From NCBI GenBank assembly GCA_964404025.1, contig CAYOIJ010000001.1, positions 22,685-86,684 on the forward strand: DNA of 64,000 nucleotides, in the 5' to 3' direction. This document shows positions 55,170 through 64,000 of this stretch, piece after piece. A model generated the notes under the pieces. That model was not told the DNA's origin. It worked only from the letters and a program-made list of their open reading frames with translations, and did no database searches. The position numbers were made by a program, and so were the translations under genes. The DNA comes from an uncultured Pseudomonadales bacterium (GTDB lineage: Bacteria > Patescibacteriota > Microgenomatia > UBA1400 > PJMF01). The first letter of the stretch is position 1. Each line of letters opens with the position of its first letter.

Positions 55170-56669
55170 TTAGTTTTGAAAAACTATGTATTCGATATTT
55201 TGTAATTGAAATTTTAATAAAATTTTTTCTTTGGAAAGATAAGCTGTATTTGTTTGATTGTAATCTGTATTTCGCCAACATAGTAAAACAGTGTTGTTGT
55301 TTTTTAAAGTTATTTGACTATTAAAATCATCAAATAAAAAATAGGGTTCTTCTTTCTGAAAATACCAATACATTCTTGATTCCCAATAAAAATTGTTTAT
55401 GGTGTTTTTGCAAAATTCACCACCATCAATAATGCTTGAATCAGGGAGATATTGATGGATTGTGTCACTCACTTGCAGATGGTGTCGATAAGAAATATTA
55501 CTAGGCATTTTTTCTTGTTCAAAAGATTTGCCACTGATTAAAATAGTTAAGGATAATAATAAAAAAGCTAACTTGTTTTTTTCTAAAGTAATTTTTAAAC
55601 CACAAGCTAGTAAAGCAGCTAAGAAAAAATAAATATTATTTAAATAATGACTCAATGGGTTTTCATGAATATTATAAAAAACATAGTGCAATATTAAGGC
55701 AAAAAGAGAAATAAATGTAAATTTATTTAAATGTTTGTTTTTACTAATCAAACCGATGATAATTATTAGGCTATATATTAAATACATAATAAGTGTTAAT
55801 TTCGGGTGAACCATATTGATTGTTAAATCAACAGTTTTTAAAAAATTTTCAATTCTAAAGTTAGAAAAATTAAGTTGATTGGTGCCAGCGCCAAGTAATT
55901 GTTGGTGTATATCGCTTAAAGCCAGATCTTTTATAATTTGTGAATAAAATATTAAAAAAGAGAGTAAACCACTAATTCCAAAAGTTATTAATTTAAGTAA
56001 ATTTTTTATTTTTAATTGTTTAAAATTAAAACTTAAAACATATATCATTAAATATATTGGCCAGATAAAAATAGCTCCATACCAGAAGCTACTAGCTAGT
56101 GAAAGTAAAGTGGCGCTGATTACTAAATTAATTGTATTGTTGTTTCTAATTGCTGACTGAAAAAACAATAATGATGTAAGAACAATTATTACACTGTTTG
56201 AGGCAGTTGTTTGCACAATGCTAAAATCTATAAATATTGATGAAAGAGCATAAAAAAGGCTTATGATTAGTGCTGGAAGGCTGGAGAATTCCTTTTTAAT
56301 AATTAAGAAAACCAAAACAATACCTAAGGATTGATAAAATATTATTAATCCAGAGATATAGTCGTAGTTTCCTTTAGCGATTAAAGTTAATAGTGCAATG
56401 AAATAGTAATAAATAGAGGGGTAGGTAGAACCAATACCAGTATTCCATGGTCCATATTGAGAACTCATATTTTTAAAAGCAATCAGATATCCGGCTAACA
56501 TATCTCTAGCAACATCACCAAGCCACACACTATTTGTTGAGTAGAGGTATAGCCTAATAAAAAATCCCAAGCAAAATATCAAAATAATTGTCAAAATGTC
56601 AAATTTTTGTTGTTGTTCTTGGTAAGTAGAAATTATTTGTGACAATTTCTTTTTGTTTTTGATTTTCAT
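55170..56669 (-). CDS. Polytopic membrane protein, GT-C-like (ArnT/PMT-type glycosyltransferase candidate)
   Basis: 499 aa. The first extracytoplasmic loop carries an acidic WLGDVARD motif after TM1, reminiscent of the D-containing loop of GT39/GT83 enzymes. About 11 TM helices. Confidence 0.35.
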   Translation of the reverse strand: MKIKNKKKLSQIISTYQEQQQKFDILTIILIFCLGFFIRLYLYSTNSVWLGDVARDMLAGYLIAFKNMSSQYGPWNTGIGSTYPSIYYYFIALLTLIAKGNYDYISGLIIFYQSLGIVLVFLIIKKEFSSLPALIISLFYALSSIFIDFSIVQTTASNSVIIVLTSLLFFQSAIRNNNTINLVISATLLSLASSFWYGAIFIWPIYLMIYVLSFNFKQLKIKNLLKLITFGISGLLSFLIFYSQIIKDLALSDIHQQLLGAGTNQLNFSNFRIENFLKTVDLTINMVHPKLTLIMYLIYSLIIIIGLISKNKHLNKFTFISLFALILHYVFYNIHENPLSHYLNNIYFFLAALLACGLKITLEKNKLAFLLLSLTILISGKSFEQEKMPSNISYRHHLQVSDTIHQYLPDSSIIDGGEFCKNTINNFYWESRMYWYFQKEEPYFLFDDFNSQITLKNNNTVLLCWRNTDYNQTNTAYLSKEKILLKFQLQNIEYIVFQN

Positions 56670-56716
56670 GAGGCTCTACAACTATAATAAAATAAATCAC
56701 AACTAACAAGTTATTT

Positions 56717-58891
56717 ATGAAAGACTTTTTGTTTAAGCTGTTTTATCCGTTTTTTTCAATACTTATTTTATTATCAATTTTTTTAATGGAAACTGAATAT
56801 AAGTTTTATCTATTTGCCTTGTGGTCATGCTTTCTACTATTTTATAGTTTTATGATAGGAGACAAAAAAACCAGATCTTCGACTTCAGACTTGAACCAAA
56901 ATCAGACTTCATTACTAAAGATAAAAAAACCATTTTTGCGCAAAATTCACTTTTTTAGTTTCCTTTTTTTGTTTTTGGCTCTAATCAGTAGTGTTTTTTC
57001 TCATCACAAGCCTCTTTCTTTAGAAAAGTACTTATTTTATTTGGTAGCTATCAGTATTTTTTTGTTTTTTTTACAAATTAAAAAAAAGTTTTTTAAAGCC
57101 AAATTATTTGTTGAATACTTGTTGTTAATTACTTTTATATTAAATATCTTGGTTATTATTTTGAGCTTTGTTAGTAATTCTAGGGAATTTTTTCAAGGTG
57201 TGAATCTGTTAGTTAGGAGTTATGGACACAATCACTATGTAGCTTTTTTACTCTTAGTTTTACCTTTGATCTGGTGGCATTTGTTAGAAGAAACTCCTTC
57301 TTATTTTCTAACGAATAAGGTAAAAGTATTTTTCGATATTTTTTTATTGATTAGTTCTTACTTATTACTATTAATTAGCTTATCTCGTTGGGCTTTATTT
57401 ATTAGTATTATTCAGTTTTTCTTAATTTTTTTATTAGTAAAAAAAGTTTTTTTTAATTTATACAAAAAAAAAGCTGTTTATTTTTTAATTAAGAGCGCGA
57501 TTTTGAGTTTTTTATCTCTTGCTTTAATTTTTTTGTTTTTATCTTTGCCTCTGTCGATCAATGATAAAGAGAATTGTTTTTTGCGCTTGTACGGTAAAGA
57601 TTTATGTACACCAATAGAACAAAATAGCCGTTTTTTTTATTGGCGACAGGCTTGGTTAAGTTTCAAAAATTACCCAATTGTCGGTTATGGTTTAGGTTCT
57701 TTTAAATATGCAGCTCGTCGTTTCCCAATAATTAATCAACAAAATAGTGCTTATGCTCATAATATTTTTTTACACAATTTGGCCGAAATGGGCGTTTTGG
57801 GTGGAGGAAGTTTTATTTTATTTATCATATATATTTTTTATCAATCTGGACTTTTAGTTTTTAAATCAAAAAATCCATTGGCTAAATTTCTATATTTAGC
57901 TGCCATAAGCTCTTCAATCAACGCCATGTTAGATTTTGATTGGCATTTTTTTATTATTTTTTTGTTAACACTCATTTTTTTGGCTTTCATTTTATCTGAC
58001 TTTGCTAAAATTAATGATAACCAAAGACTAAGGAATTCGAAGTCGAGTTTTTTGTTTATATTAGCTTTTTTTACCTTTATATTGGTTGTTGCTGATATTT
58101 TAACTGTTAGTTGGCAATCAAAAAAACCAGAATATTGGTTAAAATTTACTCCGTTTTTAAATTTTGCTGCTAATGCAACGCTCGAGGAGTCAGTAATCAA
58201 TGTTAGTAATTATGAAAGTTTGTACAACTGGTATCGTTATGATACAGGATTTATAAATCGCTTCTTAAATTTAGAAGAACTAGACGATGAGCGTGAGAAA
58301 CAGCTGTATTTAGATTTAGCTGAGATAGATCCAGTAAGTTTTATGGCCAAAATTCATTTTAAAGATAGATCTTTAGAAGAAGCTGAGATTTTATTGAAAG
58401 AATTATTAAGAATTATAGATAGTTATCAGGCATTTAATGACTATTATTTTATTAGTTATCAGCAGCGAATTGATTTGGCTGAACAAATTTATAGTTTAGG
58501 ACAAAACGCTTATTTACAAAGTGATTGGTCAAGGGCTAGCTATTTTTATCAATCAGCGCATTTTTTTGATCCTTATATTTTCTTTAACGAACGAGCAATC
58601 TTTTTAGATGAAGACAACTTAGATCGACTTTCATTATTTTTTTTAAATTTTCAAGATTTTTCACCACATGAGAGTGGAGATTATTATCATTATCTATTTT
58701 TATATAGACAGGTGATAACTAAGCTTTTTGAAGATAATCAGTTGTTAGAATTTAAGCAGTTAGTAGGGGCAATGCTTGATCAGGAGCCAGAGTCAAAAGA
58801 TTATCTAACTAATCATTTACAAGAATTAGTGATCAGTGAAGAGCAAGCACAAGCTCTTATTTATGTTGAAGAAAATTATAAATCTAATTAA
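56717..58891 (+). CDS. O-antigen ligase (Wzy_C) domain membrane protein fused to a C-terminal soluble helical/TPR-like domain
   Basis: TM-rich N-terminal half with the Wzy_C signature IVGYGLGSFKYAARRF...AHNIFLHNLAEMGVLGG. A roughly 270-aa C-terminal soluble domain rich in Y/F/L/E/D. Confidence 0.6.
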   Translation: MKDFLFKLFYPFFSILILLSIFLMETEYKFYLFALWSCFLLFYSFMIGDKKTRSSTSDLNQNQTSLLKIKKPFLRKIHFFSFLFLFLALISSVFSHHKPLSLEKYLFYLVAISIFLFFLQIKKKFFKAKLFVEYLLLITFILNILVIILSFVSNSREFFQGVNLLVRSYGHNHYVAFLLLVLPLIWWHLLEETPSYFLTNKVKVFFDIFLLISSYLLLLISLSRWALFISIIQFFLIFLLVKKVFFNLYKKKAVYFLIKSAILSFLSLALIFLFLSLPLSINDKENCFLRLYGKDLCTPIEQNSRFFYWRQAWLSFKNYPIVGYGLGSFKYAARRFPIINQQNSAYAHNIFLHNLAEMGVLGGGSFILFIIYIFYQSGLLVFKSKNPLAKFLYLAAISSSINAMLDFDWHFFIIFLLTLIFLAFILSDFAKINDNQRLRNSKSSFLFILAFFTFILVVADILTVSWQSKKPEYWLKFTPFLNFAANATLEESVINVSNYESLYNWYRYDTGFINRFLNLEELDDEREKQLYLDLAEIDPVSFMAKIHFKDRSLEEAEILLKELLRIIDSYQAFNDYYFISYQQRIDLAEQIYSLGQNAYLQSDWSRASYFYQSAHFFDPYIFFNERAIFLDEDNLDRLSLFFLNFQDFSPHESGDYYHYLFLYRQVITKLFEDNQLLEFKQLVGAMLDQEPESKDYLTNHLQELVISEEQAQALIYVEENYKSN

Positions 58892-58902
58892 AAGTTTTTA
58901 AA

Positions 58903-60219
58903 CTAGTTGGAGATTAAAGCATCAATTCCGGGCAACTCTTTACCACTCAAAAACTCTAAGGCAGCTCCGCCAGCAGTAGATATATGGGTAAATTGTTCGT
59001 GTAATCCTGTTCGATTAATAACACTATTGCTTTCTCCACCACCTACTAGTGAAATGGCGCCTTTTTGAGTGGCGCGCGCAATTGCGCGCGCTACCTCTCG
59101 ACTACCACGAGCAAATGTGGGATTTTCAAATACTCCCATGGGACCATTCCAAACAATGGTTTTTGCTTCTTGTAAGATATATCGATAAAGCCTGATAGTT
59201 TCTGGACCAATATCCAAATATTTAATGTCGCGATCGTTATCTGTGTCTGCAACATCTGATAATAAACTAATCTTTTCACTTGTTTTAGTTTCAGCATCTT
59301 TAGCTGCTAGCACATCAATTGGTAAAATAATTTTAGGAAGAGGTAGATTTTTGCGGTCTTTACCAAGATCCTCAAACAAAACTCGTTCTGTGGCGTGTTC
59401 AATCAGTATTTCTTTTGCCATATTCATGATTTTTTCTACTTCTTCTGCTTCTTTTTTTTCATCTGCACCAATAAAAGATCGATGTGTTTCAATTCCACCA
59501 GCCCTGAGCATGGCATTGGCAATTCCGCCTCCCACCAAAACCACATCTGCTAGGCGAGATAAATTTTGCATAGTAGTTACTTTATCGGAAATTTTTGCAC
59601 CACCCATTACTAAAACTAAAGGGCGTTTAATATTTTCTAAAGCTTTATTGAAGTGTTCAACTTCTCGTTTAAAATTAAAACCAGCAAAGCTAGGTAAACG
59701 TTTGGCTAAGCCAACTACGCTGGCATGTTCTCGATGGCTAGCGCTAAAAGCTTCATTAATAAAAATGTTTGCCCCACTATCTTTGATTAATTGTTTAGTG
59801 AAATTGAGATTATTTGCTTCTTCTCCAGGATAGAAACGCAAGTTTTCTAATAGTAGAGCTTGACCACCAATCAATTTTTTTGTTTTTTCTGCAACTTTTA
59901 TTCCAACACAATCGTCAACGAACTCAACGGGTAAATCTAAATTATTTTTCAAAAATTTGGCCACTGGTAACAAGCTCAAGTCGTGGTTTTTTTTACCTTT
60001 AGCTCTGCCAAGATGTGAGATTAAAATTACTTTTGCTTTGTGATCGAGTAAAAAATTAATAGTTTCCAGTGCGCTACTAATTCTGTCATTATCAGCCACC
60101 CTCCAAACTGCACTTTTACCTCCAGCTTTACCAGCAACTAATTTTAGGGGAACGTTGAAGTCGACTCTTACCAAAACTCTTTTATTTTTAATGTCTTTAG
60201 TTTTAGGGCAGTTAATCAT
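58903..60219 (-). CDS. pgk: Phosphoglycerate kinase
   Basis: N-terminal KRVLVRVDFNVPL. C-terminal GGGESNSVINRTGL...ISTAGGAALEFLSGKELPGIDAL. The likely start is the MINCPKT Met at 60219; the ORF track extends to 60255. Confidence 0.9.
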   Translation of the reverse strand: MINCPKTKDIKNKRVLVRVDFNVPLKLVAGKAGGKSAVWRVADNDRISSALETINFLLDHKAKVILISHLGRAKGKKNHDLSLLPVAKFLKNNLDLPVEFVDDCVGIKVAEKTKKLIGGQALLLENLRFYPGEEANNLNFTKQLIKDSGANIFINEAFSASHREHASVVGLAKRLPSFAGFNFKREVEHFNKALENIKRPLVLVMGGAKISDKVTTMQNLSRLADVVLVGGGIANAMLRAGGIETHRSFIGADEKKEAEEVEKIMNMAKEILIEHATERVLFEDLGKDRKNLPLPKIILPIDVLAAKDAETKTSEKISLLSDVADTDNDRDIKYLDIGPETIRLYRYILQEAKTIVWNGPMGVFENPTFARGSREVARAIARATQKGAISLVGGGESNSVINRTGLHEQFTHISTAGGAALEFLSGKELPGIDALISN

Positions 60220-60307
60220 AGCTTCTATTTTGCCATCTTTTTCTAGAGGAAACAACTAGATACTTGTGTTACAATACACAGATCAAAAAGAAAGGAACTA
60301 TTTTGAT

Positions 60308-61417
60308 ATGGCTAAGAGTATAAAAAAAATGAGTATGGAGGAGCTTTTAAAAGCTAATGCTGATAAATTAGTTGTCCCTCACAAAGGTGACACAATAACT
60401 GGTGTTATCGTTGAAAAAAATAAGAAAAATTTAGTTATTGATTTAGGATCTAAAACAGAAGCTTATGTGGCTGACAAAGAATTTGAGTTTGCTAGTGATT
60501 TTATTGATGACTTAAAAGTTGGTGATGAAATTAAAGCAATTGTTGTTTCTACTGATTATGAAAATGGTCAAGTGCTTTTATCTCTGAAAGGAGCAGCTTC
60601 TGACGCTAAGTGGGAATATTTTGAGGAAGCGCTTGATAAAGATCAAAGTATAGAAGCCAAAGGAGTAGAGTTGAATCGTGGTGGATTAATTGTTTTGGTT
60701 AATGGAGTGCGAGGTTTTGTACCTTCTAGTCAATTTGGACGTCAATACATGGGTAAAATTGCCTCCCTTAAAGGAGAAACGTTTAAAGTTAAGGCTATTG
60801 AGGTTGATCGAGAAAAAAATCGTTTAATTTTTTCTGAGCGTCACGTAAGTGAGGCCAAAGAACTAGCTCAAAAAGATTTGGCAGTTGAAAGTGTCAAAGA
60901 AGGTGAAGTCTATGAGGGAGTAGTTTCCGGAGTTATGCATTTTGGCTTGTTTGTTACGGTAGAGGTGCCCGTTAAAGATGAGGACGATAAGGACAGTACT
61001 GGTTACATTGAAGGCCTAATTCATATTTCTGAAATTTCATGGGAAAAAGTTAATCATCCTAGAGATTACCATAAAGTTGGTGACAGAATTAAAGTCAAAG
61101 TTTTAGGCATTGATGAGCGAACCAATAAACTAAATTTATCTATTAAGCAATTAGAGGAAGATCCTTGGACCACTTTAGAATCACGTTATGCGGCTAGTAC
61201 TACCTTTACCGGTAAGGTTACTCGTATTGAACCATTTGGAGTCTTTGTTAATGTGGAAAAGGGTGTTGATGGTTTAATTCACTCTACCAAGCTAGATCCA
61301 AGTAAGGAGCTCAAAGTTGGTGACGAAGTGACAGTTAACGTAGAAAATGTAGTTCCAGAACAACGTCGGATGAGCTTATCCATTGTTCAGACAGATTTGC
61401 CAGTTGCTTATAAGTAA
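60308..61417 (+). CDS. rpsA: 30S ribosomal protein S1 (four S1 domains)
   Basis: Repeated S1 OB-fold motifs (GDTITGVIVEKNKKNLVIDLG, GGLIVLVNGVRGFVPSSQ, GEVYEGVVSGVMHFGLFV, TFTGKVTRIEPFGVFVNV). RBS AAAGGA 8 nt before the ATG at 60308. The track start at 60266 is a GTG. Confidence 0.85.
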   Translation: MAKSIKKMSMEELLKANADKLVVPHKGDTITGVIVEKNKKNLVIDLGSKTEAYVADKEFEFASDFIDDLKVGDEIKAIVVSTDYENGQVLLSLKGAASDAKWEYFEEALDKDQSIEAKGVELNRGGLIVLVNGVRGFVPSSQFGRQYMGKIASLKGETFKVKAIEVDREKNRLIFSERHVSEAKELAQKDLAVESVKEGEVYEGVVSGVMHFGLFVTVEVPVKDEDDKDSTGYIEGLIHISEISWEKVNHPRDYHKVGDRIKVKVLGIDERTNKLNLSIKQLEEDPWTTLESRYAASTTFTGKVTRIEPFGVFVNVEKGVDGLIHSTKLDPSKELKVGDEVTVNVENVVPEQRRMSLSIVQTDLPVAYK

Positions 61418-61523
61418 ATTTTAGTAATTTCTTAATTGTTAAAACTAGCAGAATATATAGTTGAAAAATACCCTATATTTCAGTAAAAAAATAGTCTTTA
61501 AACTAGATTTTTTTCTCGACTAA

Positions 61524-61532
61524 TGCTATAAT
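61524..61532 (+). promoter_or_regulatory. Extended -10 promoter TGcTATAAT, placing a TSS within a few nt of the ATG at 61541 (probable leaderless transcript)
   Basis: Read directly. Confidence 0.4.
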
Positions 61533-61540
61533 GAGGGTCT

Positions 61541-61693
61541 ATGGCGAAACAAAGAATGATCGTTACTGACGACCAATTATTAATCGATATGGAATTGTTG
61601 TTTAATGCAATTCGAGAAGTTGATGGTGATTGGGAACAGGTGGAAAAAGAAATGAATCAATACTTGGCCGCTGTGCAAGCTATGGCCGAGTAG
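61541..61693 (+). CDS. Small hypothetical protein (50 aa, MAKQRMIVTDDQLLIDMELLFNAIREVDGDWEQVEKEMNQYLAAVQAMAE)
   Basis: ORF translated by hand, below the ORF-track size cutoff. It sits immediately downstream of a consensus extended -10 with no room for an RBS. Confidence 0.25.
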   Translation: MAKQRMIVTDDQLLIDMELLFNAIREVDGDWEQVEKEMNQYLAAVQAMAE

Positions 61694-61711
61694 TTAATAA
61701 AAAAAGGTTTC

Positions 61712-62401
61712 ATGAGCAAAAGTAATCAAACAGCTCAGTCTGCAGACTATCAATCAGTACCTTTGGTGATTGCAGATGGTGATGAGGGGGTACAACTCAA
61801 TCATGGTCGCCGTTTTGCTTTTTTGGGCTCTGGCTTTCGCTTACCACATTTTTCTCAAGTAATTGAGGTTTTACAAAAAACAATTATTGAGAATTTCCCA
61901 AAAGAACAGTTAAACAAGAAATTGAAAATTGCTGCTAGTGAAGAAAATGCTTGGTTTAAACAAGAACTTAAACTCAATGATTGGGATGAAACTAATGCTA
62001 GTGCTCAACAGCACCTAGCTGCTTTAGCTGATAAATTAAAACTCAAATATGTAGGAATTTTGCCTTTTGCCGATCCTAAAGAATTAGAAGCAGAAGTCAA
62101 AGGACACATGGTTCGTCCTCACAACATGCATCTAGCCAATAAAGCTTGTTTTACAGTTGCTGGGGGAGAAGAAGTTTATAATTTAGGACAATATTTAATA
62201 AGTGCCGATTGGCTAGCTGATTTTACCAATAGTGGTAAGAAAAATATGTCTCAAGCTAAAGAGTTATTGCGAAGTCAATTAGATTTTTATCAAAACCTAG
62301 CGGGAGAAACTAAACTAGAAATTATTATTGAAGAACAGGGGTTGTTTAGTGAAGAATTAGTTAAAAAGAATCATCAAGTTTTAGATAAAATTTTAGCTTA
62401 G
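61712..62401 (+). CDS. Hypothetical protein
   Basis: 229 aa, soluble. No recognised motif. Confidence 0.4.
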   Translation: MSKSNQTAQSADYQSVPLVIADGDEGVQLNHGRRFAFLGSGFRLPHFSQVIEVLQKTIIENFPKEQLNKKLKIAASEENAWFKQELKLNDWDETNASAQQHLAALADKLKLKYVGILPFADPKELEAEVKGHMVRPHNMHLANKACFTVAGGEEVYNLGQYLISADWLADFTNSGKKNMSQAKELLRSQLDFYQNLAGETKLEIIIEEQGLFSEELVKKNHQVLDKILA

Positions 62402-62432
62402 TTTAATTCAATTTAGGTTTATCAAATTTTTT

Positions 62433-62846
62433 ATGTCTGTTAAAAAACATAAAAGTCAAAAACAAGTTGAAAAGACTAGAATTGTTGAACAAACTCTATT
62501 TGACAATTTCCAAAAAAGTGAAAAGCTTGAATCAAAACAGCAACAGAGCGTTAAAAACGAGGGTTTTAGTGCTGTGGCTGAATTATTAACAAAACACTCA
62601 ATTAAACAAAATAATAAATATATTAGTCGGGAATTTCAGGCTTTTGGTTGTCATATGGCCACAGTTTTAGGGGATCAAGCTCATACCTCACTTTATATTA
62701 AACTAGCCAAAACTTATCCACGTGCCCTATTAGAACAAGCCCTGTCTTTTGTTAGTGATGCTGAAAATGCTAAAAGTAAGGCTAAGTTGTTTATGTGGAA
62801 GTTGGATTTATTGAAAAAAGCTAAAGATAAAAAGCCGAAAAACTAA
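62433..62846 (+). CDS. Hypothetical basic protein
   Basis: 137 aa, Lys-rich termini. Confidence 0.35.
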   Translation: MSVKKHKSQKQVEKTRIVEQTLFDNFQKSEKLESKQQQSVKNEGFSAVAELLTKHSIKQNNKYISREFQAFGCHMATVLGDQAHTSLYIKLAKTYPRALLEQALSFVSDAENAKSKAKLFMWKLDLLKKAKDKKPKN

Positions 62847-62877
62847 AAAAGACAATTTTCATTTCTAATGTAATAAT

Positions 62878-64000
62878 TTATTCGATCGTATTGAGTTCAA
62901 TTTTTAAGACCAAATCTTCTTTAAAGGAAGGTGATTGAAGAAAATGGCGACCAGAGCTTAATTGTTGATCACTAACTACTTCACCAGTTTTGGGATTTAG
63001 CCATTGTAAGTCTCCGTTCTGTTCAAGATTGATTTCAAAAGTAAAACTTGTTTCGAAACCATTGTGAGCAAAATGGTAGGCGTAAGCGATCCACTCTCTT
63101 TCTGAAGTAAGGGTATAAATTCTAGTATCATTTGTTTTTAGATTAGTAATGAAAGATTTTTTTTCCAATTGTGAACTAAGTTTTTTGGTAAAATCAGAAA
63201 TGATTTTCATATATTGTCTTTCTTCTACTCCAATATATTGATTAGCATTGTTAAAAGCTTCATTGTAAAAATCTTTGGAATGACTTGAGTTCCAAAAGAT
63301 TAAACTAGCACCATTAAACAAAGAGGTCCAAGCTCTGACACGCATAATTAAAGCTGAATCTTCATTCCAGTTTTTTGTACCATTACCAATTTCTCCAAAA
63401 ATAATAGGTTTTTGATATTCTTCAAACTTATTGATTTCTCTCAAAATCTCTGTATCAGCGATTATAGGCAGACTGGTTGAATACCAATGAGGAGAAATAA
63501 TATCAACTTCTTCTAGTTGTGGTTTTTCCCAACTAATACTTAAAGGTTTGTTTGGTTCAAGAGTTTTTAATTTGTTCAGGTATTGAGTGGCGGTTTTGTC
63601 ATCTAGTACTCCTTCGTTAGTTAATTCCCAAACAGATGTATAAGCTCCATAACGAGCTACCATGTATTCTAAATAATGATTAATAGCAAGTTCTCCTTGA
63701 GGACTTTGTGGATCACCAGGTAGTCCCCAGGCAAACAAGGTTAAATATATCTGAACATCTCTTTGATAGAGGTTCTCTAACAGAGAGTCGGCCAGCTTAG
63801 AATTTGCAATAGAATAATCATTCTCTGGATACTTAATGTTTCCGGCAATAAAAAACTGGTAGTTTCCTGGACTCCAACGAAAAGTGTTGAATCCGCTTTC
63901 CTCATAATAAACATCTAAGTATTCTTCAAGATCAACTATTTTATTTTCTTGTTCTTCGCCTATGTAAAAATCATCAAAATAATTGCTATTGTAGTTAAAA
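62878..64000 (-). CDS. Glycoside hydrolase family 5-like protein (N-terminus outside the window)
   Basis: Frame open to the window edge. WELTNEGV (NE acid/base) and IIFGEIGN (nucleophile Glu) are spaced as in GH5 (beta/alpha)8 enzymes. Confidence 0.55.
   Translation of the reverse strand, partial: FNYNSNYFDDFYIGEEQENKIVDLEEYLDVYYEESGFNTFRWSPGNYQFFIAGNIKYPENDYSIANSKLADSLLENLYQRDVQIYLTLFAWGLPGDPQSPQGELAINHYLEYMVARYGAYTSVWELTNEGVLDDKTATQYLNKLKTLEPNKPLSISWEKPQLEEVDIISPHWYSTSLPIIADTEILREINKFEEYQKPIIFGEIGNGTKNWNEDSALIMRVRAWTSLFNGASLIFWNSSHSKDFYNEAFNNANQYIGVEERQYMKIISDFTKKLSSQLEKKSFITNLKTNDTRIYTLTSEREWIAYAYHFAHNGFETSFTFEINLEQNGDLQWLNPKTGEVVSDQQLSSGRHFLQSPSFKEDLVLKIELNTIE

Noticed and set aside
58881-58920. 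Possible bidirectional terminator hairpin (AGTTTTTAAACT) between the convergent genes 56717..58891 and pgk
   Set aside because: Stem composed only of A/T pairs, very weak. Cannot be distinguished from background in a genome of about 31% GC.
59091-60002. ORFs 59225..59833 (+), 59814..60002 (+) and 59091..59297 (-) within pgk
   Set aside because: Antisense or alternative frames inside the clearly identified phosphoglycerate kinase gene.
1-64000. Alternative genetic code (UGA recoded as Gly, code 25), as in some CPR lineages
   Set aside because: TGA terminates yidC (8933-8935), and long housekeeping ORFs (valS 776 aa, VirB4 731 aa) are uninterrupted under the standard code. No evidence for recoding.

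Overview
This is a low-GC (about 30-33%), standard-code bacterial window. TGA is used as a stop and the long ORFs are intact. It contains the chromosomal replication origin region. A VirB4-family conjugative/T4SS ATPase pair (750-4039) lies immediately upstream of dnaA (4144-5652). The dnaA-dnaN intergenic region carries a perfect DnaA box, trio-like trinucleotide repeats and an AT-rich unwinding element. After dnaN (6012-7160) come rpmH-rnpA-yidD-yidC-jag and rnhA, all co-directional with dnaA/dnaN, which is unusual. recF is displaced about 15 kb to 22317-23438. Housekeeping genes follow: rplY, valS, idi, uppS, pth, pgk and rpsA. Isoprenoid genes include an archaeal-type isopentenyl phosphate kinase and a polyprenyl synthase. 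There is also an ATP-dependent DNA ligase, a Fic protein and NnrD. Three accessory blocks stand out. The first is a tandem array of seven VirB2/TrbC-like pilin paralogs (18122-21150), divergently paired with an ECF sigma factor. The second is a triad of Cys-rich, Thr/Pro-repeat surface proteins (34406-37626) next to a tRNA with a UAU anticodon. Two of these proteins share a C-terminal domain that ends in a sorting-signal-like tail. The third is a roughly 21 kb glycan locus (37757-58891). It holds a priming sugar transferase, a Wzm/Wzt ABC exporter, several GT2/GT1 transferases, a B12-binding radical SAM enzyme, an RmlD-like reductase, a cupin, a plant-type GDP-mannose 3,5-epimerase homolog, O-antigen-ligase-like proteins and GT-C-like membrane proteins. 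The window ends in a partial GH5-like hydrolase. The gene content and the mix of archaeal-like enzymes are compatible with a small-genome episymbiotic bacterium such as CPR/Patescibacteria. This is inference. All functional calls are motif recognition by eye; no database search was run.
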